Part shown: positions 54,417 to 62,770 of the stretch, piece after piece
Layout: each line of letters begins with the position of its first letter
Position numbering within the stretch: position 1 is the stretch's first letter
DNA from: Bryobacterales bacterium
GTDB taxonomy: Bacteria > Acidobacteriota > Terriglobia > Bryobacterales > Bryobacteraceae
Reading direction: 5' to 3'
DNA length: 64,000 bases
Assembly (NCBI GenBank): GCA_016789745.1
Contig: JAEUQF010000139.1
Location: 60,520-124,519 of the forward strand
Program-made: the position numbers and the translations under genes
Notes under the pieces: generated by a model
The model's input: only the letters and a program-made list of their open reading frames with translations
What the model was told of the DNA's origin: nothing
The model's database searches: none

Positions 54417-56759
54417 ATGCCCCAGTTTACGGGAGAGCAATACGAAGAGCTATTCGTAATTCTGGCGGGGATTGCGGGCAAGAAGCAGCCTGCCAGTTCT
54501 CACCCGGAAGAGGCTGTACAGGAAGAATTGGATGCCGCGGAGCGCCAGGACCGCGTCCTCACCTGTGCGTGTCGATGGTACGCAAAGTGGCGGGATCCGG
54601 CACTGGAGAGATGGCTGCGCCGGAACTGGCGACACTTATCCGAGATCGAAGCGGAACCGAAACCGGTCTGCCCCGCCGGGATTCTGCCGGAGACTGTCAA
54701 CAATCCATATCCCGGGATAAAGGGATTTGATGTGGAGGACGGGGCACGGTTTTACGGGCGCGGCCGGGAGTTGGAACAAGTGCAAGCGGGGCTGGCGAAG
54801 CGCTTGGAACAGAATCTGCCGCGGATGTTGGTAATCGCAGGGGAATCGGGCGTCGGTAAGTCTTCCTTCGCAAGGGCAGGTCTGCTTTACGGACTTCGCC
54901 GAGGAGACGTTCCGGGAAGCCGGCACTGGCCGCAGCGGATTATGCGACCGGGCAAGAATCCGGCAAACTATCTGGTTGACCAGGTTGTCGATCCGAACTG
55001 GCCGGCGGCACAAATCAGCCAAGACAAGAAGGCCATGGAAACGGATCCGGGCATATTGCATCACAGCGTGCAACGGAATATGCGGGATCGTGGTGAGCAG
55101 GAGCGTTGGGTCTTGCTGGTGGATCAGGCGGAGGAAGCGTTTACCATCGCGGACACGAAACAGCGAGAGGCGTTTTTTCGAAACCTTCTATTTGCGGCGG
55201 CGCAGCCGGAGGGCAAAGCGCTGATCATTCTGACGATCCAAGAGAACTTCCTTTCGACGCTGCAACAAATGGAGCGGGGTTGGGTGACAGGTGCCGAGAC
55301 CTTTTCGTTGCAAGTGATGCAGGAAGACGCCGTGAGAGAAGTGATCGAAGAACCTGCACGGAAGCGGGGAGGCACGGTAGAAGCTGGCCTGAGTGACCTG
55401 TTGTTGCGGGACGCCGGCGGCGAACCAGGACAGAAACTGGCGCTGATCCAAGACGTGCTCGCCAACTTGTGGGCGTTAGGTAACGGACAACTGCGTCTCA
55501 CGGATTATGTGACACAGGGAGGGTTAGATAATTTCCTACTGGATCGGGCGCGGAAGGCTTACCGCGAGAGTGAGCATCAAGAGATCTGGCGTGAACTTGC
55601 CCTGCAGTTGGCCGTGCCCTCCGATAGGAAGCAATATCTTCGCGTGAGCGTAACGTTAGAGGAGTTGCCGGGAGCGGGCTCGCCGGGGAGGGACGCGGCG
55701 CTACGGGAGTTGCTGGGCACAGGACTGCTCATTGCCCGTGGACCCCTGGAATCTCCGGCGACGACCCGGATCGAGGTTTCGCACGAAATTCTTTTCACGG
55801 TGTGGAGAGGTCTGCGTTGGTGGCTTCGCCACAATCAGAATTACCTGCAATGGAGAGCGGGATTCCGGCTGGATTGCGCCCGATGGCAAGTGGGCAGGAG
55901 GTCGGAAGATCTGCTGCGTGGAGAGCGGCTACGGCAGGCCAAGGGGCAACGGAACTTAAAGCGTGCCCGATTCACAACTGCTGAACTCCAGTTCGTGCGG
56001 GCGTCGGAGCGTCACCGCCTGTGGAAGTATGTTTTGATCCTTGCGGCCGCGGTGATGGTTGCGACGGCGGGATATGGCGCCAAGGTATCCCATGACGCGA
56101 AGGAGGCTGTTGGGTGGATCGCGGAAGCGCGTCAAAGACTGCGCAATGAGAACTCACCAAGATCGATGCATGAAGCGTTGCTGATTGCGCTGCACGCCGA
56201 GGCGCGCAGGCATTCCCGGGAGTCGGAGGAACTGTTACGGGAAGCGTGGCTGTCGGTGAAAGGGGCAGAGTTCTACGCACAGGATGAAACGATTCTGCGG
56301 GTTTTGTTTGAAAAAGACGGCATTGGGGCGATCACCTTCAATCCGGCCGATCAATCGTATGGAGTTTATCGTGGGGGCAACCGCACGACGATCCCACCAG
56401 GCGACCGGTTGATCCCGGAAGAGAATCCGCCACTGGTGGCGCAGCACGATGGTGTCGAGTACGTTGTCAGTCATGGCGTGAAGATTACCGCGCGGACGCG
56501 AGGATCGGGGGAGACGATCTGGGAGGTGAATGAACAGGCGAACATTCGCATGCTTCAGATCAACCCTGATCAGCGTGTACTGGCGATTGGGCGAACAAAC
56601 GGGCAGATTGTATTGCTGGATTTGGACCTGCAGCGCCTTATGTCGCAGGTTGCGGCTGCCCTGCAGACGAAACGGCAGGCATTTTCGCTAGACGCGGTGT
56701 GCAAGAAATACTTTGACAGCGAATGCTTCGCCCTTCCGCCCGCGTCCAAGTCTCCGTAG
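54417..56759 (+). CDS. nSTAND-type P-loop NTPase with TM helix and a degenerate WD40-like C-terminus
   Basis: It starts 12 nt after the upstream stop, with GGAG before the ATG. Motifs are NPYPGIKGFDVEDGARFYGRGRE, VIAGESGVGKSSFARAGLL (Walker A) and WVLLVDQAEE (Walker B). The TM helix is LWKYVLILAAAVMVATAGYGA. The C-terminus contains ...RVLAIGRTNGQIVLLDLD. Confidence 0.8.
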   Translation: MPQFTGEQYEELFVILAGIAGKKQPASSHPEEAVQEELDAAERQDRVLTCACRWYAKWRDPALERWLRRNWRHLSEIEAEPKPVCPAGILPETVNNPYPGIKGFDVEDGARFYGRGRELEQVQAGLAKRLEQNLPRMLVIAGESGVGKSSFARAGLLYGLRRGDVPGSRHWPQRIMRPGKNPANYLVDQVVDPNWPAAQISQDKKAMETDPGILHHSVQRNMRDRGEQERWVLLVDQAEEAFTIADTKQREAFFRNLLFAAAQPEGKALIILTIQENFLSTLQQMERGWVTGAETFSLQVMQEDAVREVIEEPARKRGGTVEAGLSDLLLRDAGGEPGQKLALIQDVLANLWALGNGQLRLTDYVTQGGLDNFLLDRARKAYRESEHQEIWRELALQLAVPSDRKQYLRVSVTLEELPGAGSPGRDAALRELLGTGLLIARGPLESPATTRIEVSHEILFTVWRGLRWWLRHNQNYLQWRAGFRLDCARWQVGRRSEDLLRGERLRQAKGQRNLKRARFTTAELQFVRASERHRLWKYVLILAAAVMVATAGYGAKVSHDAKEAVGWIAEARQRLRNENSPRSMHEALLIALHAEARRHSRESEELLREAWLSVKGAEFYAQDETILRVLFEKDGIGAITFNPADQSYGVYRGGNRTTIPPGDRLIPEENPPLVAQHDGVEYVVSHGVKITARTRGSGETIWEVNEQANIRMLQINPDQRVLAIGRTNGQIVLLDLDLQRLMSQVAAALQTKRQAFSLDAVCKKYFDSECFALPPASKSP

Positions 56760-56809
56760 GTTCAGCGAAAATAATTGTGATACGCTGTCGCGGACTGGAG
56801 GGACCGCCT

Positions 56810-59575
56810 GTGCGACGAAGCGTCTCCTTGTGCTTTCTTTTCTGGTACGCGAGTGTAGCACCATCGCAGACCATCTCTAGCATCTCACCGACATCGGTGG
56901 CAGCCGGGTCCGGTGACACCACGTTACTCGTTTCCGGAGCAGGATTCCAGGGCGGTTCGCTGTGCGCGACCGCGTGCGGAATAAGGTGTGCTCGAAGAAG
57001 TGTTGTCCAACTCGGCGGCGTGAGCCTGAGCACGACGTTTGTGAGCAACTCGGCCGTAACCGCGGTCGTGCCGCGGTCACTGCTAGCGTCGGCGCGGGTT
57101 ACGCAAGTGACGGTAGTGAACCCCATCGATGTGCAGTGCGCGGCTGGTACGAGCACGGTATCGAGTCCAGTGCGATTTGAGGTAACGCAGGCGGAATCGA
57201 ATCTCAGTGTGAATCCGAGCCGAATCACCTTGAGATCGGGCGTGGTGCCGCTCACGGACAACGCGCCGCAAGCATTGACGGGATCGAGCATGCTGTCGAA
57301 TCGAGGGCCGGTCGCTTACTCCTTCACCGCCAGCACAGGCAACCCAAACATCTTTGTGCAGCAGTTGGTACCTGCCCCGGTCTCCTGGTTGACGGTAACA
57401 CCTACGAGCGGGCGCTTGGAGGCGTTCGGGTCGACCAGGTTGGACCTATCGGTGTATCCGGCGGGTTTCAGGCCGGGGACCTATACGTCCTACGTGACGA
57501 TAGTGGGAGTACCGATCGCGGTGACGCCAGCAGCACGCAGCGAGCGGTCTGCCGCGACGACGGAAGTGCTGACGATTGAGGTTGTGCTGGTTGTGGAAGA
57601 GCCGACCGATCTGGAATTCGTTCCGGATACGCTAAACCTGACGGCGCCGCAGAATGGCGTCGCCAGCGGTACGTCGATTTTGACCAGCACCGGCACGGCG
57701 GCGCTGGATTGTGACCAGATTCAGGACGAGGGATCGTCTGGAACCGGCTGGTTCTCTTATACGAGGCGAAATGCCGGTGCGTCATGCGAAGTGGGCGTAA
57801 CGGCGACAGCCGGTACGTTATCTCCGGGCCTTTACGTTGCAAGGCTAAAGGTGCGTCCGAGTCTGGATGGCCGGGTTGCGACCCTCACGGTGAACTTCAC
57901 GGTGACTGCCGCCGATGCGACGATTACGCCGTCGGTGTTGACGATCACTTGCGATACGTTGGGCGAGGGGAACCGGATCATCAGCCAGCCGCTGCGAGTG
58001 AATTCTCCGGTGGGCGCGGAATTGGGATTCGCGGCGATCGGGTCGAGTTTTGGATCATGGCTGGAGGTTTCGCCGGGGAGTGCGCGGACCACGGCAAACC
58101 TGGAGGTGACGTGTGACCCGAACCAGATCCCTTCGTATCCGGCCTTGGGAACGGTCCGACTCAGCCCGACGATCTCGCCAGAGCGTGCGGTGCGGATACC
58201 GGTACGCGCGGAGGGGCCGAGAGGGCGTCGTGTGCTGCCGTATCTGGTTGATGGCGGCGGTGACGCGAGCACACTTGTGCTGGTGAACTCAGACCGCAAT
58301 GCGGCGACGGTACAGCTGAGCTTTTACCGTACGAACGGGGGTCCGGAAGGTGCCGTGGATACGTGGACGCCGGGGACAGCAGCAGGGGTGAATACAAGCA
58401 ACTTCACACTGGCACCGGGTGAAGTATCGCGCATCCCGCTAACGGTGAGCAATGGGCAGCGTACGACCGGGTGGGTGGAGGTGGGTGTTGGCCAAGCGGA
58501 TGTGAACGGTTGGGTATCGGTTCGATCAGCGGATGGGCGCCGGGAGACACTGACGGGGTTGCTGGCCCAGAATCTGCCGGAGTCGGTAGTGCCGTTTGAC
58601 AACCGGAACGGCTCCACGACGAGCCTGGTGATTACGAATGCGAGTGCTGACCCGGGCGGGGCTCAGGTGCGGGTTCGCGATGCACAGGGCAATGTGATCC
58701 GCACAGTGTCGCGCAGTCTTGCCGCGCGTGGGCAAGACGTGTTCCGGCTCAGCGAGGAGATTCCCGAATCGGCTGGGCGTATGGGCGTCATCGAGGTGGC
58801 GCAACTCGCGGGGCAGATTTACCCCACCGGACTGATCCGGAGCGCAGGAGGGGATTTTGGGGTTGCGCCGCAGCGATTGAACCGCGCCGCGAAGGGGCGG
58901 CGCACAACGCCGCTGGTTGCCGACGGCGGAGGTTTCTGGACGGAGATCACGATTCTGAATACGTCCTCGACACAAGCGGTAATCACACTCCGCTTTCGGC
59001 GATCCGGAGGCACGGGCAGCAGTGAAGCGTGGAGGCCGGAGTTGGTAGATGACGCGGGCATCGAGCAGATCCGGCTGAATCCGCGGGGCAGTTATCGGGT
59101 GATTACGCAAGGGGCAGGACAAGAGACTACGTTCGGCTGGGCTGAGCTGATTTGTCAGCAATCGGTAGCGGCGTTCTCGCGGATAATCCAACCGGCAGAG
59201 CAGACGAACGCCGAGACGATGCTTGGATGGAACCACGGCAATCCGGATCGGTTTCTGATGCCGTTCGACACCAGCCTGGGAACGAACCGTACGACTTATC
59301 TGCTTTCGAATATCAGCGCGGACCAGCCGGCGACGGTCGAGTTGCTGTTTCGCAGCCGGCAGGGGACGCTGCTACGACGGCATACTTTGCCGCCGATCCC
59401 GCCGCAGGGGTACAGTTCGATCGACGTTGGAGCGCAGTTTGAAAGTCTGGGACAGCGGGAAGGGTACACGGAGTTTGACGTCAAGACGGGAGTGATCACG
59501 GCCTCCGGTCTCAGGTCGGGGACCGGAAGCGCGGTGGTAACACCACTGTGGCCGGTGAGTACGGCCCGCGAGTAG
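56810..59575 (+). CDS. secreted IPT/TIG + Ig-like protein with four ~105-aa C-terminal repeat modules
   Basis: The GTG start at 56810 lies 8 nt after GGAGGG and avoids overlap with the upstream gene. Reads VRRSVSLCFLFWYASVAPSQTISSISPTSVAAGSGDTTLLVSGAGF. Later repeats have the form (V/L)P.(L/F)(V/D).G.G..T.(l/i).(l/i).N. Confidence 0.75.
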   Translation: MRRSVSLCFLFWYASVAPSQTISSISPTSVAAGSGDTTLLVSGAGFQGGSLCATACGIRCARRSVVQLGGVSLSTTFVSNSAVTAVVPRSLLASARVTQVTVVNPIDVQCAAGTSTVSSPVRFEVTQAESNLSVNPSRITLRSGVVPLTDNAPQALTGSSMLSNRGPVAYSFTASTGNPNIFVQQLVPAPVSWLTVTPTSGRLEAFGSTRLDLSVYPAGFRPGTYTSYVTIVGVPIAVTPAARSERSAATTEVLTIEVVLVVEEPTDLEFVPDTLNLTAPQNGVASGTSILTSTGTAALDCDQIQDEGSSGTGWFSYTRRNAGASCEVGVTATAGTLSPGLYVARLKVRPSLDGRVATLTVNFTVTAADATITPSVLTITCDTLGEGNRIISQPLRVNSPVGAELGFAAIGSSFGSWLEVSPGSARTTANLEVTCDPNQIPSYPALGTVRLSPTISPERAVRIPVRAEGPRGRRVLPYLVDGGGDASTLVLVNSDRNAATVQLSFYRTNGGPEGAVDTWTPGTAAGVNTSNFTLAPGEVSRIPLTVSNGQRTTGWVEVGVGQADVNGWVSVRSADGRRETLTGLLAQNLPESVVPFDNRNGSTTSLVITNASADPGGAQVRVRDAQGNVIRTVSRSLAARGQDVFRLSEEIPESAGRMGVIEVAQLAGQIYPTGLIRSAGGDFGVAPQRLNRAAKGRRTTPLVADGGGFWTEITILNTSSTQAVITLRFRRSGGTGSSEAWRPELVDDAGIEQIRLNPRGSYRVITQGAGQETTFGWAELICQQSVAAFSRIIQPAEQTNAETMLGWNHGNPDRFLMPFDTSLGTNRTTYLLSNISADQPATVELLFRSRQGTLLRRHTLPPIPPQGYSSIDVGAQFESLGQREGYTEFDVKTGVITASGLRSGTGSAVVTPLWPVSTARE

Positions 59576-62500
59576 TCAGAACTCGAAGCGCACCATCAGT
59601 TGGAACTGGCGAGCGGTTTCGCTTGCGGGCGTCTGGAGGGGGAAGCCGCTGGGACGTTCGAGACGGCCCGGATAGGCGACACCGAATGCACTGGAGGAAC
59701 CTAACGAGGGAGTCCACTGCAGGTTGACGGGGTTGCCGAAGTTGGCGTGGTTGAGAAGGTTGTAGCAGTCGGCACGAAGCGTGAGGCGCAGTCCAAGCGC
59801 CCCGGCAGGGATCGAGAAGGTACGACTGAGGGAAGCGTCGGCGCTGAGGGAGCCTGGGCCATGGAATGCGTTTCTAGGCACGTTCCCGACCTCGCCGATG
59901 GCCGGGCGGGAGAACCAGTCGGGGTTCACCAAGCGCCGCCCTCCATCTGGAGGCGGGGTGAGCAACGAGAGGGGAACAGCAGCGGCCCAGTTGGGACGAT
60001 TGTTGTAGAGAGCGTCCGGGCCTGTGTACAAAACCGAGAAAGGAGTACCGGATCGTGCGGAGGCGACGGCTCCGAAGCGCCAGTTGCGCGTCAGGACAAA
60101 GGTTTCCTTCGGTGATTCGGCATATCCCTGGAACAGCAGGCTGTGCCGTTGATCGAAGCCGGAAGGGGCGCGATCGAGGCGAGATGATGCCTCGCGAGTG
60201 AAGGCGGGGGCAGCGGGGAGTGCCCGCCCGAGCGCGGAGGGCTGGTAGCGGCTAAGGTCGAGGTATTCGCCAAACAGGGCGTCGGTTTGCTCATCGCGGG
60301 TTCTCGATAGCGTGTACGACACATGGGTGTTCAGCCACCGTCCCCGGTGCCGCAGGGCAACGGACATGCCGGCGTGGTTGGCCTCTCCCAGAGCGGAGCG
60401 AGAGACCAACTCCGGAAGGAGAGGGGTAATGCTTCCCATCCGATTGATGCGATCGGTGGTCAACAGTCCACGGCTTACAGCCAGAGTGCCGGTGACTTCC
60501 AGCAAGGCGTCGGCTCGGATGCGGCGTTGCCAAGCGCCGAACGCGGTATGGGTGCGGCCAGGGCTCAGCGCTTGCTGGAAGACGATGGGACGGTCGTAGA
60601 GACTGCGAGTCTGCAATGCATCGGCGAGCCGCAAGATGCCGGGTGCGGGGCTTCTGACGTCAATGGTGCGGAGGAACTGACTCGCCGTGACGACGTCGAA
60701 GCTGTTGCTCACAACGTTTTGCCAGATGTTCTCGAAGGGGCGGTCGCGGAACAGACCATAGCCAGCACGCAAGACAGCATCGCCGCGCGGGTCGAGAAGG
60801 ACAGAGATGCCGATTCTGGGTGCGATTCCAAGGGAACCGGAAGTAAAGAGCGGACGACCGGCCGTGGAGGGGACCAGGCGTGCCTGTGACAAGCTCAGCA
60901 GTGCGGAGGGCTCAAGCAATAGGTCGGAAGTTCCTCCGCGGCTTTGTGGAGAGCCGAAGTATTCGAGCCGGGCACCGAGATTGAGATTGACGCGCGGAGT
61001 GAGGCGGAAGCTGGTGTGACCGAAGAGATGGAACTGGCGGTAGGAATAGTATCGAAGGAAGTCGTCAGCGCGCCCGCTGGCGTCGGCACGGACAGGCCTC
61101 TTAGCGGCGGCAACGAAGTACCTGTCGGGGGAGTCGCCGGCCAACTCCTGCACGGACTCGAACTGGAGGAGTCCTGAGGATAGGGAGGTGATGCGGGAGT
61201 CCGTATGGCGATGAAAGAAGCCACCGCCCAGTTTCAGGACCAACCGGTCGTTAACGAGGGTCAGGTTCGAGAGGGCTTCGCGATTCCGGCCTTGGTTGCG
61301 ATAGCCGAAGATGGAGGGTGGGCCGGGAAGGGTGACGGTGTCGCGCAGACCCAGAACGCCGGCCTGCAAGACGGGCAGGCGAGTTTGCGTGGTGTCGAGG
61401 GAAAGTCTGTCCGAGCTGGCGGAAAGGCGCAGTTCGTGGGAAACCTTTCCGGAGTAAGTCCAGCCCGCGGCATAGTTCCTTGCGTCGTTCAGGAGCGGGG
61501 CGCTGGACCGGGCGTACGGGGAATAGAGGAAGTCCGGCGTAAATAGCGAGGCGAACAGGAATCGGAGAAACAGCCGGTGTTCGCGAAGCACGGGAGAGAC
61601 GCGGAGCAAGGCCGTGTTACGGTGCTGGGTGAGAGTGGGACGTAGCGAGAGTGGCGCGACTTCACCCGGGCTCTCGGGGACAGCAGCGGCGGGAAATTCC
61701 CGAAGCAGCCGAGCGCCCGTTGTGTTGACTGATGCGAGGGAGTTCAGAAAGGTGCGAGTGGGCAACCAATAGGAGACAGGCTCGCGTTGCGTACGAAAGC
61801 GAAACTGCTCGCCGGCGAAGGTGAAGATTCCCAGGGATGCCAAGAAGCCCGTCTGGTTTTCGCGCAGGCCGGCTTTGGAGAAACCGAGGCGACGCGCCGG
61901 GAAGTTGATGGCATTGAGAGAATCGCGTTTGAGGTAGTTGTATAGAAGCAGGTGCAATGAAGAGGAGGAAGAGGACTGGCCGGAGGTGACCGCATTGGCG
62001 AGAAAACCGGAGGCACCGCCGTACTCCGCCGAAAAATGGCTGGTGGCGACACGGTACTCCTGGATGATTTCGGGCGGAATGGGAGCCAGCGGGCCTGAGA
62101 GGAGCATGTTGTTGAACTCCAAGCCATCGAGCAGGTAGTTGGCGGAGGACGGCCGCTGCCCGTTAGTGGAGACGTTCAAGCCACGAGCCGTGCCGGTTTC
62201 GGAAACCGTACCGGGCAGCAGGAGCAAGAGACCATAGGCGTCGCGGCCCGCCAGCGGAAGTACATCGATATCTTTGCGGGATATGGAGAAAGAGACACTG
62301 CTTTCCAGGAGTTGGCGCGAGGAGGCAACGGCGTGGAGCGGTTCGGGGTTCTTTGTGTTCAAGTCCGCGGCATAGGTGTGGATAACGGCGCCGGCGTTCG
62401 CAACCATACCATCCCGATAGGCCAGGCGCGAGTACACGTCGCCGCGGAGGCGTAGGGGAATGTCGACCTGGACGCGGCCGCCAGGACCGATTTCGATGTC

Positions 62501-62770
62501 TAATACGACGCGATCCTGGTATACACCCGCCCCGTCGATCCGCAACCGGTAGCTGCCGGGGGGCAACTGCGGGACGGCGTATGCGCCACGCGAGTCCGTC
62601 GTTGCCGGCTGAGAGAACCACCCGGACTCGGCTTCACACTGGATCCGGAGTCCTTCCACAGGGCGTCCGGAAGGGGCTTCGTAGACTCTGCCGGCGATCA
62701 GGCCGAGAGAGGTTTGCGACAAGGCGGTATTGCCGAACAGCAGCAGGAGAAGCGCTAGGAATAAGGGCAT
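59576..62770 (-). CDS. TonB-dependent-receptor-like outer-membrane protein with CarboxypepD_reg N-terminal domain
   Basis: Internal ATG at 62770 gives MPLFLALLLLLFGNTALSQ...IAGRVYEAPSGRPVEGLRIQ...TDSRGAYAVPQLPPGSYRL. The protein ends ...QLMVRFEF, a typical OMP C-terminal Phe. Confidence 0.85.
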   Translation of the reverse strand: MPLFLALLLLLFGNTALSQTSLGLIAGRVYEAPSGRPVEGLRIQCEAESGWFSQPATTDSRGAYAVPQLPPGSYRLRIDGAGVYQDRVVLDIEIGPGGRVQVDIPLRLRGDVYSRLAYRDGMVANAGAVIHTYAADLNTKNPEPLHAVASSRQLLESSVSFSISRKDIDVLPLAGRDAYGLLLLLPGTVSETGTARGLNVSTNGQRPSSANYLLDGLEFNNMLLSGPLAPIPPEIIQEYRVATSHFSAEYGGASGFLANAVTSGQSSSSSSLHLLLYNYLKRDSLNAINFPARRLGFSKAGLRENQTGFLASLGIFTFAGEQFRFRTQREPVSYWLPTRTFLNSLASVNTTGARLLREFPAAAVPESPGEVAPLSLRPTLTQHRNTALLRVSPVLREHRLFLRFLFASLFTPDFLYSPYARSSAPLLNDARNYAAGWTYSGKVSHELRLSASSDRLSLDTTQTRLPVLQAGVLGLRDTVTLPGPPSIFGYRNQGRNREALSNLTLVNDRLVLKLGGGFFHRHTDSRITSLSSGLLQFESVQELAGDSPDRYFVAAAKRPVRADASGRADDFLRYYSYRQFHLFGHTSFRLTPRVNLNLGARLEYFGSPQSRGGTSDLLLEPSALLSLSQARLVPSTAGRPLFTSGSLGIAPRIGISVLLDPRGDAVLRAGYGLFRDRPFENIWQNVVSNSFDVVTASQFLRTIDVRSPAPGILRLADALQTRSLYDRPIVFQQALSPGRTHTAFGAWQRRIRADALLEVTGTLAVSRGLLTTDRINRMGSITPLLPELVSRSALGEANHAGMSVALRHRGRWLNTHVSYTLSRTRDEQTDALFGEYLDLSRYQPSALGRALPAAPAFTREASSRLDRAPSGFDQRHSLLFQGYAESPKETFVLTRNWRFGAVASARSGTPFSVLYTGPDALYNNRPNWAAAVPLSLLTPPPDGGRRLVNPDWFSRPAIGEVGNVPRNAFHGPGSLSADASLSRTFSIPAGALGLRLTLRADCYNLLNHANFGNPVNLQWTPSLGSSSAFGVAYPGRLERPSGFPLQTPASETARQFQLMVRFEF

